Shown in pieces: positions 50,143 through 59,009 of a DNA stretch of 64,000 nucleotides. Source of the DNA: an uncultured cyanobacterium (GTDB taxonomy: Bacteria > Cyanobacteriota > Cyanobacteriia > Pseudanabaenales > Pseudanabaenaceae); assembly GCA_963703315.1 (NCBI GenBank), contig OY969811.1, positions 576,001 through 640,000 on the forward strand. Reading direction: 5' to 3'. The position numbers and the translations under genes are program-made. Below the pieces are notes generated by a model. That model was not told where the DNA came from, ran no database searches, and saw only the letters and a program-made list of their open reading frames with translations. How positions within the stretch are numbered: the first letter of the stretch is position 1; each line of letters opens with the position of its first letter.

Positions 50143-51087
50143 ATGAGTTACCGTTTATCTGATGCTCAATTAGCTAGTCATATTACGTTGCATCAATTGC
50201 AAGTTTTTGAAGTGGCTGCCCGACATGGTAGCTATACCCGTGCTGCGGAGGAGCTATTTCTGACTCAGCCGACCGTTTCGATGCAGATCAAGCATTTAAC
50301 AAAAGCGATCGGAATGCCCCTATTTGAACAAGTAGGCAAGAAACTATTTTTAACTCAAGCTGGTAAAGAATTATTTGCGACTTGTCAAGAGATTTTTAAT
50401 CGGATCTCTCAGTTTGAGATGAGCGTTGCCGATATGAAAGGACTGAAGCAAGGATATCTAAAAATTGCGGTGGTCACAACCGCAAAATATGTGATCCCAC
50501 GTTTGCTTGGACCTTTTTGTCAGCGTTATCCAGGGGTAGAAATATCTTTGAAGGTAACAAATCATAGCGGTATTTTAGAAAGATTATCCGAGAACAAAGA
50601 TGATTTATATATCCTCAGTCAAGTTCCCGATGAGCCTGATGTGAAATCTTATCCATTTTTGTCCAATCCATTAGTTGTCCTCGCTAACCATGATCATCCT
50701 TTGGCGAATGAAAAGAATATTCCTATTCAAAAATTAGTAGATCAGCCTTTTATCACTAGAGAATCGGGTTCAGGTACTCGCGGTTATGTGCAGCAGTTAT
50801 TTGATCAACATAAAATTATCCCCAACGTCAAGATAGAACTATCTAGTAATGAGGCAATTAAGCAGGCGATCGCTGGGGGATTAGGTATCTCCATCCTGTC
50901 TCGGCATACAATCGCTTTAGAAGGGGCTTCGGGACAGATTGCGATTTTAGATGTAGAGCATTTCCCCATACCCTGTCATTGGTATGTGATTCATCTTGCG
51001 GGTAAGCAACTATCAGTTGTTGCTCAAGCCTTTTTAGAATATTTGCAAACTGAAGGCAAGCAGATTGCTGAAAATACTTCTTGGTGA
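50143..51087 (+). CDS. ndhR: CbbR-subfamily LysR regulator, most like NdhR/CcmR (CmpR not excluded)
   Basis: TLHQLQVFEVAARHGSYTRAAEELFLTQPTVS, AVVTTAKYVIPRLLG, RESGSGTR, SNEAIKQAIAGGLG; upstream ATAG-N8-CTAT. Confidence 0.75.
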   Translation: MSYRLSDAQLASHITLHQLQVFEVAARHGSYTRAAEELFLTQPTVSMQIKHLTKAIGMPLFEQVGKKLFLTQAGKELFATCQEIFNRISQFEMSVADMKGLKQGYLKIAVVTTAKYVIPRLLGPFCQRYPGVEISLKVTNHSGILERLSENKDDLYILSQVPDEPDVKSYPFLSNPLVVLANHDHPLANEKNIPIQKLVDQPFITRESGSGTRGYVQQLFDQHKIIPNVKIELSSNEAIKQAIAGGLGISILSRHTIALEGASGQIAILDVEHFPIPCHWYVIHLAGKQLSVVAQAFLEYLQTEGKQIAENTSW

Positions 51088-51131
51088 TCAAAAAAAAGGA
51101 GTGAATGCTTTGCATTCACTCCTTTTTGATC
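51086..51131. terminator. Bidirectional terminator-like hairpin between the LysR gene and tRNA-Cys
   Basis: AAAAAGGAGTGAATGC-TTT-GCATTCACTCCTTTTT with A/T tracts on both sides. Confidence 0.75.
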
Positions 51132-51144
51132 CTTTTTTAATTGA

Positions 51145-51215
51145 AGGCGACACCCAGATTTGAACTGGGGGTGAGAGTTTTGCAGACTCCTGCCTTACCA
51201 CTTGGCTATGTCGCC
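51145..51215 (-). tRNA. trnC: tRNA-Cys (GCA), CCA not encoded
   Basis: The minus strand GGCGACATAGCCAAGTGGTAAGGCAGGAGTCTGCAAAACTCTCACCCCCAGTTCAAATCTGGGTGTCGCCT folds as a cloverleaf with anticodon GCA and a U discriminator. Confidence 0.97.
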
Positions 51216-51311
51216 GTACAACGGATAACTACTATAACAAATTAGGTAACGAGTTGCAAACAAGAGTAAAAATTTTTATGCTTGTTTGCCAATCTACGCC
51301 CTTCCCACTCT

Positions 51312-51352
51312 CGAATTGATGGTACGGGGCTTTGACCCGTACCATCAATTCG
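51312..51352. repeat. Palindrome at the end of the sulfate operon
   Basis: CGAATTGATGGTACGGG-GCTTTGA-CCCGTACCATCAATTCG. Confidence 0.8.
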
Positions 51353-51358
51353 GGAAGA

Positions 51359-51637
51359 TCATAGTGCTGCATTCGATTCACGATGATCTTCCCAAATCTC
51401 GATATCTAAATCATTGAGATAGGCGATCGCATTTTGGATTTGATCATGAGTCCCATTGAGACTAAGGTGAAACCAACCACTACCAGCATTCATCCCTAGA
51501 GTCGCTGCCAAAATATTGACCGTGACACCGCATTGAGATGTTAAATGCGAAATCACAGGTTCACCATGCAGTTCTTCAGGAATACGCAGCCGAAGATCTT
51601 GAACTATAGGGCGAATATCGGTAGTCATCAGAGACAC
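51359..51637 (-). CDS. Stand-alone NIL-domain protein
   Basis: LRIPEELHGEPVISHL..VTVNILAATL..GWFHLSLNG..IQNAIAYL. Confidence 0.85.
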   Translation of the reverse strand: MSLMTTDIRPIVQDLRLRIPEELHGEPVISHLTSQCGVTVNILAATLGMNAGSGWFHLSLNGTHDQIQNAIAYLNDLDIEIWEDHRESNAAL

Positions 51638-51758
51638 TCCTTGTATTGCTAATACGGATTCTTAAGAACAGTGTGACTATTCTGGAAATTTCTAGATCTT
51701 ATTTAATAGCAGTTCCAAAGTTGTTTAGGCTTCGCAAGTTACAAAAAATCCACAAAAG

Positions 51759-52634
51759 CTAATCTTGCTTCTTATGGGTTTTACGTTCTAAGATTTCTTT
51801 CAGGATGAGGGTGACAACTGCTAGCAGTGCTAATAGGACGGCGGCAGAGTAGGCTACCTCGTTTTCGTAGTTTTTATAGGATTCCTCTACAAATAATGGC
51901 AAGCTTTGGGTTTGGGCGGCAATATTACCTGAAACTACCGATACAGCCCCAAACTCACCCATCGCTCTAGCATTGGTTAACACTAAGCCATAGAGCAAGC
52001 CCCAACGAATATTCGGCACAACTACTTTCCAGAAGATTTGCCAATCGCTTGCACCGAGAGTACGAGCGGCTTCTTCTTGGTCAGTTCCCATTTCATCTAA
52101 AACGGGAATTACCTCACGGGCAATGAAGGGCATACTCACAAAAATGGTGGCTAGTAGCATTCCGGGGAAAGCAAATACAATTTTGATGTCATTCGCTTCG
52201 AGAAATGAGCCGAACCAACCAAGACGACCATAGAGCAGGACGATCATCAAACCTGCAACTACAGGCGAGATCGAGAAAGGTAGGTCGATGATACTTAGGA
52301 GTAAAGCTTTGCCTGGAAATTTATTACGGGCGATCGCCCAAGCTGCACTGAGTCCAAAAATGGTATTGAGAGGTAAGGCGATCGCCGCTAACATTGCAGT
52401 TAATTTAATTGCCGTTTGAAAATCTTCGCGCTTGAAGGCGGATAGGATCGGCTCAAATCCTTTAGCAAAGGCTTGGACAAAAACATTCGCCGCAGGGATT
52501 AACAAGATTAGTCCGAGGTATAAAAAAGAAATGCCAATTAAAATTGCAGGGACAAAGCTTTTCTTCTTTTTGATTTGGGTGGGTTCAGGTGAAGTTTGCG
52601 GATAATTTGCCGCAGAAGTATTAAGGTTAGCCAT
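51759..52634 (-). CDS. cysW: Sulfate ABC transporter permease CysW (likely start 52634)
   Basis: IDLPFSISPVVAGL, PFIAREVIPVL, EEAARTLGA, NARAMGEFGAVSVVSG. Confidence 0.95.
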   Translation of the reverse strand: MANLNTSAANYPQTSPEPTQIKKKKSFVPAILIGISFLYLGLILLIPAANVFVQAFAKGFEPILSAFKREDFQTAIKLTAMLAAIALPLNTIFGLSAAWAIARNKFPGKALLLSIIDLPFSISPVVAGLMIVLLYGRLGWFGSFLEANDIKIVFAFPGMLLATIFVSMPFIAREVIPVLDEMGTDQEEAARTLGASDWQIFWKVVVPNIRWGLLYGLVLTNARAMGEFGAVSVVSGNIAAQTQSLPLFVEESYKNYENEVAYSAAVLLALLAVVTLILKEILERKTHKKQD

Positions 52635-53493
52635 ATCGCTTGCTCCATGCTTGTAAGAGGTTAATGGCAAGGAGGCTCACAAAGGAGATTCCTAACATTA
52701 CGACACCGATCACCGTTGCGCCCACATAGTCATACTGCTCTAGACGTTGGAAGATTAGAATCGGGGTGATCAGATCCTTAAAAGGCGTATTGGAGGCAAT
52801 GATGACGGTGGAGCCATATTCACCAACGGCACGGGAAAAGCCAAGGGCAATGCCTGTGAGGATCGACGGGGTGAGTGGTGGTAAAACTACTTGCATAAAG
52901 GTCTGAAATTGAGAAGCACCGAGTGACCATGCGGCTTCTTCGATCTCTTTTTCTAATTCTGTAAGTACGGGCTGCACAGTCCGCACAATGAAAGGTAATG
53001 AGATAAAGACCATTGCTACAAATACACCAATGCGACTAAAAGCGATTTTGACTCCCAGAGGTGCAAAGAATGAACCTAGCCAACCTTTTTCACTGTAAAC
53101 CGTAGCTAAGGTCAAACCTGCTACGGCTGTTGGTAAGGCAAAGGGCAAATCAACAACGGCTTCGAGAAAACGCTTACCAAAAAAGTTGTAGCGCACAATC
53201 ACCCAAGCAATGAGAGTGCCAAATACACCATTAATTGCGGCGGCGGCAAAGGCAGTCACAAAGGTGATTTCATAGCTAGATAGGGCAATTGGACTAGTGG
53301 CAGTTTTCCAGAAACTCTCGAATGGCTCACTAGCTGCCTTGGTGATCATTGCCACGATTGGCAAAATTAGCAGAAAGGCGAGATAGGTAAAGGTAATTAC
53401 CCATGTCCAAGGAATTTTAGAGAGGAATTTTAAAAAAGGGTTAGTTTGCGATCGCTTTTGATCAGGGGGCGATGAAGGGGTTGTCGTTACCAT
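52627..53493 (-). CDS. cysT: Sulfate ABC transporter permease CysT (likely start 53493)
   Basis: VDLPFALPTAVAGLTL, PFIVRTVQPVL, EEAAWSLGA, FSRAVGEYGS, QRLEQYDY. Confidence 0.95.
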   Translation of the reverse strand: MVTTTPSSPPDQKRSQTNPFLKFLSKIPWTWVITFTYLAFLLILPIVAMITKAASEPFESFWKTATSPIALSSYEITFVTAFAAAAINGVFGTLIAWVIVRYNFFGKRFLEAVVDLPFALPTAVAGLTLATVYSEKGWLGSFFAPLGVKIAFSRIGVFVAMVFISLPFIVRTVQPVLTELEKEIEEAAWSLGASQFQTFMQVVLPPLTPSILTGIALGFSRAVGEYGSTVIIASNTPFKDLITPILIFQRLEQYDYVGATVIGVVMLGISFVSLLAINLLQAWSKRYG

Positions 53494-53530
53494 GTTGTCT
53501 TTAATTTCAAAAGGCTGGGGGTATATCAAA

Positions 53531-53550
53531 CAAGGGGCTTTAGCCCCTTG
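53531..53550. repeat. Short REP-like palindrome between sbp and cysT
   Basis: CAAGGGGCT-TT-AGCCCCTTG. Confidence 0.65.
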
Positions 53551-53583
53551 CAAATAGTTAAACTAGCTAGCTTCTAGTAAGTT

Positions 53584-54762
53584 TTAGCGCTTGATTTTTG
53601 ATTGAATTTGGTCAAAAGCCGCACCATCAGCAAAGAATTTTTTGTTGATTTCATCCCAACCGCCAAGATCTTTTACGGTAGAGAGATCTTTAACTTTAGG
53701 ATAAAGATCAACAAATTGCTTTTCTTTAGCGACAGTTTCATCGACTGGACGGAAACCAACCTTAGCAAACTCAGTCTGTGCTTCAGTAGAATAGAGGAAC
53801 TTTACAAATGCTTCTGCAACTTCTTTTGTGCCATGTTTGGCTACGTTTTTATCAACAATGGCGATCGGATTGTCGATGGAGAAATTGACATCAGGGATAA
53901 CATAGTTAACTTTTTGACCTTTCTGAGAAGCAAGAATAATCTCGTTTTCATAGTTAATCAATGCATCGCCTTGACCTTGCTTAAAGAAAGCGTCAGTAGC
54001 TTCACGAGCATCTTTAGTCAAGATTGGTACATTGGTATAAACCTTAGTCAAAGCTTCTAAAGCTTTTTCATCACTGCCACCTTTCTTTAAAGCTGCATTC
54101 CACAAAGCTAAAAAGTTCCAACGAGCAACACCCGAAGTCTTAGGATCGGCTGTGATGAGTGATGTGCCAGCCTTTTCTAAATCTGACCAGTCTTTAATGC
54201 CTTTAGGATTGCCATCACGGGTCACAATTACTGGGATTGATTTAGATACAATTCCGTCATTGGGATATTCTTTTTCCCATCCTTTGTCGATCAATCCAGC
54301 TTTTTCAATCTTTGAGGTATCAGCCGCAAGCGCGAGGTGAACAATGTCCGCTTCTAGACCATCGATAACAGCACGGGTTTGAGAACCTGAACCACCATAG
54401 CTTTGTTTAAAGGTGACTTTTTGGTTCTGTTCTTTTTGCCATTTCTCTACAAATTTAGGAATAATCGCTTCATGAGCTTGTTTGGTCACAGCAAAGGAAA
54501 CTAGGGTTAATTGAACATCTTTTTTAGGAGCGCCTGTGGCTGTTTGAGCAGTTGGGCTACCAGCAGCTTTTGGATCAGTTGCAGTGGGTTTGGTATCGGT
54601 AGTTGCTGTGCAAGCGGCTAAAGTGACGCTGATCAGCGCACCTGCTAAAAAGAAAGAGACAAATCTACGTCCCCATTTATGGCTAAATATGCTGCTAAAT
54701 AAATTAGCGATCGCCTTGACCGACGATGTTAAGAAGCTGACAGGTTGCTGCCTTGAACTCAT
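53584..54762 (-). CDS. sbpA: Sulfate ABC transporter substrate-binding protein
   Basis: QSYGGSGSQTRAVIDGLEAD, ADPKTSGVARWNFLA, DAREAT, DALINYENE; lipobox LAAC. Confidence 0.95.
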   Translation of the reverse strand: MSSRQQPVSFLTSSVKAIANLFSSIFSHKWGRRFVSFFLAGALISVTLAACTATTDTKPTATDPKAAGSPTAQTATGAPKKDVQLTLVSFAVTKQAHEAIIPKFVEKWQKEQNQKVTFKQSYGGSGSQTRAVIDGLEADIVHLALAADTSKIEKAGLIDKGWEKEYPNDGIVSKSIPVIVTRDGNPKGIKDWSDLEKAGTSLITADPKTSGVARWNFLALWNAALKKGGSDEKALEALTKVYTNVPILTKDAREATDAFFKQGQGDALINYENEIILASQKGQKVNYVIPDVNFSIDNPIAIVDKNVAKHGTKEVAEAFVKFLYSTEAQTEFAKVGFRPVDETVAKEKQFVDLYPKVKDLSTVKDLGGWDEINKKFFADGAAFDQIQSKIKR

Positions 54763-54890
54763 GAGCGTATCTCCAATAAAGTAATCTACGATATATTGAT
54801 GGGAATACCGTGTTTAAATACCATACAATACTTTTCCTAGAGATACAAATAAAATCTCCTGTTTCCCAGTTGGGTATTCGTAGATAAATC

Positions 54891-54970
54891 CAGAAGCGAG
54901 TTGTGGTGCTAAGCACCACAACTCGCTTCTGATGTAAGACTTGTGACGCACGCGCAGCGTTCGCCACAAG
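54891..54970. repeat. Two adjacent palindromes (family D-like and family A core-like)
   Basis: CAGAAGCGAGTTGTGGTGC-TAA-GCACCACAACTCGCTTCTG and CTTGTGACGCACGC-GCA-GCGTTCGCCACAAG. Confidence 0.85.
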
Positions 54971-54979
54971 ATTTAGGTT

Positions 54980-56332
54980 TTATTTATCACTAATTTTTGA
55001 GCTATTTTTAGACTCCGAATCGGTGGGTAAAACAGGTGGCACTAAATTTACTAATACTTTATCTACGCGATTGCCATCCATATCCACCACTTCAAAGCGC
55101 ATGGTTTCCCAAGTAAAATGTTCGCCAACCATCGGGATATGTCGCAGGTAGGTCATCATTAATCCCCCTAGCGTGTGGTAGTTATGATCTTTTTCAAAGG
55201 GTAATTCTTCGACCTCTAATATTTCTTTGAGGCGATCGCTAGAAATCATGCCATCAATTAGCCAAGATCCATCTTCTCTTTGCATTGCTTCTGGGTCACC
55301 TTGGCGATCGCTTGATGGCAAGTCACCAACGATCGCTTCGAGGAGGTCAGTGAGTGTGACTAATCCCTCAACACCGCCATACTCATCTGTCACCATGGCG
55401 ACGCGATCGCCAGATTGTTTAAATTGCTCCAGCACACTTAAGGCACTTGCAGTTTCCGCCACATACAAAGGTGGGCTACTAACTTTAACCAAATCAATCT
55501 GCTCGCCATTCAAACTAGCATTCAGAAAAGCCTTAATTTCGACAATACCAACGCAATCATCGAGATTTTCCCTAGCCACTGGAAAGCGAGAATGTCCACT
55601 CTCTAAAACATCACGTTGGGTTTCCTCAAAAGGCGCATCCACATCGAGCCAGTCGATCTCAGTGCGTGGGGTCATCAGCGATTTGATTGGGCGATCGCCT
55701 AAACGAAATACTCGTTCCACCATATCTTGCTCGGCTTCTTCAAACATCCCCGACTCAGCGCCTTGAGCGATCATTACCTTGATTTCTTCTTCGGTAACTT
55801 GTAAGTCTTCTGTTTCCTGAATCCCTAAAAAACTGAGCAATGTATCAGTCGAGATACTCAGCAAATAGACGATGGGTGTACCAATATTGGCGAAAAAGCG
55901 CATCGGTGGTGCAACAGCACAAGCGATTCTTTCGGCATTGCTCATTGCTAAGCGTTTAGGGACAAGTTCACCAATCACTAAAGATAAATAGGTAATGATC
56001 CCCACGACGATTACAAAGCTAATGGTTTTGCTATAAGGTTGCACCAGAGGGATAGTATCTAATGACTGTTGCAAGGTTTGGGCTACGGTTGCACCACCCA
56101 ATGCACCGCTTAAAATTCCGATTAAAGTAATCCCAATCTGAACAGTTGATAAAAAATTGTTAGGTGAGGCGATTAGTCGTAAAGCTGCTCTGGCTTTAGC
56201 ATTTCCTTCCTTTGCCCATTGCTCTAGGCGCACTTTGCGAGCAGATATGATTGCTAGCTCGGACATCGAAAAAACACCATTGGCAATAATTAGCAAAATG
56301 ATGAGTAAAGCTTCAAAAGCGAGGGAAGACAT
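54980..56332 (-). CDS. CNNM/CorC (hemolysin-family, DUF21-CBS-CorC) membrane protein
   Basis: ANGVFSMSELAI, FLSTVQIGITL, GELVPKRLA, MTPRTEI, HSRFPV, DEYGGVEGLVTLTDLLEAIVG. Confidence 0.92.
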   Translation of the reverse strand: MSSLAFEALLIILLIIANGVFSMSELAIISARKVRLEQWAKEGNAKARAALRLIASPNNFLSTVQIGITLIGILSGALGGATVAQTLQQSLDTIPLVQPYSKTISFVIVVGIITYLSLVIGELVPKRLAMSNAERIACAVAPPMRFFANIGTPIVYLLSISTDTLLSFLGIQETEDLQVTEEEIKVMIAQGAESGMFEEAEQDMVERVFRLGDRPIKSLMTPRTEIDWLDVDAPFEETQRDVLESGHSRFPVARENLDDCVGIVEIKAFLNASLNGEQIDLVKVSSPPLYVAETASALSVLEQFKQSGDRVAMVTDEYGGVEGLVTLTDLLEAIVGDLPSSDRQGDPEAMQREDGSWLIDGMISSDRLKEILEVEELPFEKDHNYHTLGGLMMTYLRHIPMVGEHFTWETMRFEVVDMDGNRVDKVLVNLVPPVLPTDSESKNSSKISDK

Positions 56333-56443
56333 TTTTTTGGGGCAGAACGACTTTATGGGAATCGTTTGTGAAATTTACTAAAGACGCAATATCTATATGA
56401 CTAAATATATATGGTCATATCAAATTTTGTGTCAAGTTCCCAA

Positions 56444-56490
56444 AGACTAAAAAAGGGGATATCACTTCGTGATATCCCCTTTTTTAGTCT
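56444..56490. repeat. Perfect palindrome with 22-bp arms
   Basis: AGACTAAAAAAGGGGATATCAC-TTC-GTGATATCCCCTTTTTTAGTCT. Confidence 0.88.
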
Positions 56491-56507
56491 AGTAAAATAA
56501 AGAACCG

Positions 56508-56601
56508 ATTTTTTGTGGTGCGGCTTCGCCGCACCACAGATATCCTAACGACTATTTTTTGTGGTACGGCTTCGCCGTACCACAGATATCCTAACGACTA
56601 T
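56508..56601. repeat. 46-bp tandem duplication of a family C hairpin plus the last codons of malQ
   Basis: ATTTTTTGTGGT(G/A)CGGCTTCGCCG(C/T)ACCACAGATATCCTAACGACT, twice. Confidence 0.92.
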
Positions 56602-58126
56602 AGAGTTGGGTGATTTCTAGGAGGCGATCGCTGAGATCTTGATTGAGCAAATCGGGATCACTATAGCGCCAACCCCAGTTACCCGTTGCCGTACCGGGGG
56701 TATTCATCCTTCCACTGTTGTCTAGACCGAGGACATCTTGCAAGGGAACGATCGCAATTACGGATACTGCTGCCATTGCCATCCGAATTAGCACCCAGTT
56801 AATTGGCTCACCTGCGGCAAAGCCCACGATGTATTTATAAAACAATTGCTTTTCTGACTTACTTGACCTCTGCCACCAACCTACAGCCGTGTCATTGTCA
56901 TGGGTTCCTGTATAAACTGCGCTGTTACGCACATAGTTGTGGGGTAAATGAAAATTGTCAGAGCCACCACCAAAGGCAAACATGAGGACGCGCATTCCAG
57001 GAAAGCCAAAATCATCACGCAACTTATCAACCTGAGGCGTAATTACACCCAAGTCTTCCGCCAAAATTGGTAACTCACCCATCACTTCATTGAGCTTGGT
57101 AAATAATTCAGTGCCAGGCGCAGTTTCCCATTCGCCTTTAATAGCTGTCTCTTCACCTGCGGGAACTTGCCAAAAAGCCTCAAAGCCGCGAAAGTGATCG
57201 ATACGAATAATATCCACATAGCGATTTAGAAAGCGGAAGCGATCGATCCACCATGCGAAATCTGTCTCTTGGAGATATTCCCAGTTATAGACAGGATTTC
57301 CCCATAGCTGACCTGTTTCACTGAAATAGTCTGGTGGTACACCCGCCATTTGGGCAACTTCATAGGTTTCAGGATCGAGGACAAAGTTTTCGGGATTTGC
57401 CCACACATCAGCGCTATTGTGCGATACATAGATGGGAATATCACCAATAATCTGAATATTTCGCATATTGGCATATTGCTTGAGCTTTAGCCATTGATCA
57501 AAAAAGATAAACTGCACAAATCTTTGAAACTCAATTTGATCGTGTAATTCTTCGCGTTTTTGTTGCAATGCTTGAGGTTCACGCTTTGCGATCGCTGGCT
57601 CCCAATTATTCCAGACTATTTCAGGATTTTGTTCATGTAGTGCCATAAATAGCACATAGTCTTCTAGCCAATCGGCTTCTTCATAGCAAAACTTTTTAAA
57701 CTGCTCTTGAATCAAATACAGATCGTGATGATGCTTGAGATCTTGATCGACATATCCTTGCTTAAATCTTGTAAAAGCTAGTTCGAGCAATTTACGTTTG
57801 TAAGGCATCACTGCATTAAAATCAACGCGATCTTGATCAAAATCAGGAATATCTTCCCAATCTTCTTCTTTGAGCAAATGCTGCTTAGCTAAAAGTTCGG
57901 GGCTGATCAGATAAGCACTACCCGCGATCGCGCTAAAGCTCATGTAGGGAGAGTTTCCATATCCTGTAGGACCAAGGGGCAGTACTTGCCAAAGCTTTTG
58001 ACCACTCCGCGACAAAAACTCAATAAACTGATAAGCCGTCTCGCCTAAATCCCCAATCCCAAATTTGCTGGGTAACGAGGTTGGGTGTAATAAAATTCCA
58101 CTAGAACGTTGAAAGGGCATAAACAA
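56591..58126 (-). CDS. malQ: 4-alpha-glucanotransferase (amylomaltase)
   Basis: SGILLHPTSLP, WQVLPLGPT, AGVPPDYFSETGQLWGNP, RIDHFRGF, LAEDLG, YTGTHDNDT. Confidence 0.97.
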   Translation of the reverse strand: MFMPFQRSSGILLHPTSLPSKFGIGDLGETAYQFIEFLSRSGQKLWQVLPLGPTGYGNSPYMSFSAIAGSAYLISPELLAKQHLLKEEDWEDIPDFDQDRVDFNAVMPYKRKLLELAFTRFKQGYVDQDLKHHHDLYLIQEQFKKFCYEEADWLEDYVLFMALHEQNPEIVWNNWEPAIAKREPQALQQKREELHDQIEFQRFVQFIFFDQWLKLKQYANMRNIQIIGDIPIYVSHNSADVWANPENFVLDPETYEVAQMAGVPPDYFSETGQLWGNPVYNWEYLQETDFAWWIDRFRFLNRYVDIIRIDHFRGFEAFWQVPAGEETAIKGEWETAPGTELFTKLNEVMGELPILAEDLGVITPQVDKLRDDFGFPGMRVLMFAFGGGSDNFHLPHNYVRNSAVYTGTHDNDTAVGWWQRSSKSEKQLFYKYIVGFAAGEPINWVLIRMAMAAVSVIAIVPLQDVLGLDNSGRMNTPGTATGNWGWRYSDPDLLNQDLSDRLLEITQLYSR

Positions 58127-58165
58127 AAATTTTTAGATCTGGCTTTACTTTACCGCCTTATGTAT

Positions 58166-58254
58166 TAAGTAGGTCAGCAAAGTTATACACAAAACCGAGA
58201 TTGTTGTGCCGCCCGCTATGCGGACGGCACAACAATCTCGGTTTTTACTTATGC
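58166..58254. mobile_element. MITE-like family A element, right end truncated
   Basis: TAAGTAGGTCAGCAAAGTTA left end; hairpin AAAACCGAGATTGTTGTGCCGCCCGC-TAT-GCGGACGGCACAACAATCTCGGTTTT; core like 12444-12547. Confidence 0.6.
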
Positions 58255-58851
58255 TTACTCAAAAATTTGGACTAAAGGACAAGCAAATTCTGGCAATAAT
58301 GGCGAAGTGAGAGTATCACTCACAAATAGAGTCATTGCTAATTTGAGAATTCCATTCTCACGACGATAAACTTGAACTTGCTTATTTCTCCAATCAGCAA
58401 TCCAATATTCCAATACTCCCTGTGATGAATAGAGTTTTAACTTAACTTCGCGATCGCGTCTTTCGTTTTCTGTTCCTGATGATAGTACTTCAATGGCAAT
58501 GTCAGGCGCACCAAGTAAATGTCCCGCCTGATCAATCAAAGCTTCATATTTTTCTTTACTGATCCACACCACATCAGGAATCACATCATCCTGATCGCCA
58601 AAGATTACGCCTGCACCCATAGCGGTTTCACCTAACTTGGTAGCGATCGACCAAATATCTAAAGCAGTAAAGAGTCTACCGCAAGTTTTTTGATGTTTCC
58701 AATGAGGCGCTCTCGTCACGTAAAGTTCTCCATTAATAATTTCATGACGGTTACCGTTGTCGGTTAGTAGTTCAAGGTCAGCACTTGTCCAGAGCAGTTT
58801 TTCTTCTGCGGCATTGGTTGAGATATTGGGAGAGGCGATCGCTGGAGTCAT
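58255..58851 (-). CDS. Uma2-family (DUF820) putative endonuclease
   Basis: RHEIINGEL..APHWKHQ, VIPDVVWIS, APDIAIEVLS, KLKLYSSQGVLEYWIAD, SPLLPEF. Confidence 0.9.
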   Translation of the reverse strand: MTPAIASPNISTNAAEEKLLWTSADLELLTDNGNRHEIINGELYVTRAPHWKHQKTCGRLFTALDIWSIATKLGETAMGAGVIFGDQDDVIPDVVWISKEKYEALIDQAGHLLGAPDIAIEVLSSGTENERRDREVKLKLYSSQGVLEYWIADWRNKQVQVYRRENGILKLAMTLFVSDTLTSPLLPEFACPLVQIFE

Positions 58852-58967
58852 GATGTTTTCCTAAGCAGCGCGGTATGGTGATTATAGCAATCAGAGCAGG
58901 GTAAAACCTATTAACTGTCCAGTGTCTCGCAATATGACTAAGCACTTTTCAGGGAAGTCTTTCCAAT

Positions 58968-58998
58968 AAAAAAGCACTTGCGTAGCAAGTGCTTTTTT
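58968..58998 (-). terminator. Terminator hairpin downstream of ssrA
   Basis: AAAAAAGCACTTGC-GTA-GCAAGTGCTTTTTT, about 10 bp past the tmRNA 3' end. Confidence 0.75.
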
Positions 58999-59009
58999 TG
59001 TGAGGTTAA

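Noticed and set aside
51145..51215. Island integrated at tRNA-Cys
   Set aside because: Flanked by housekeeping genes, with no att-like repeat or integrase.
53494..53553. N-terminal extension of cysT
   Set aside because: It starts inside a short palindrome; the ATG at 53493 is more plausible.
51359..54762. Sulfate operon lacking cysA as an anomaly
   Set aside because: cysA is often encoded separately in cyanobacteria; its absence from one window shows nothing.
55227..55766. Long antisense ORFs (also 27350-27772, 53602-54060, 48270-48641 and many shorter ones)
   Set aside because: Shadow frames opposite well-supported genes, with no recognisable motifs.
56500..56601. Possible mini-CRISPR array
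   Set aside because: Only two units, the spacer-like part is identical in both, and there are no cas genes; it is a tandem duplication.
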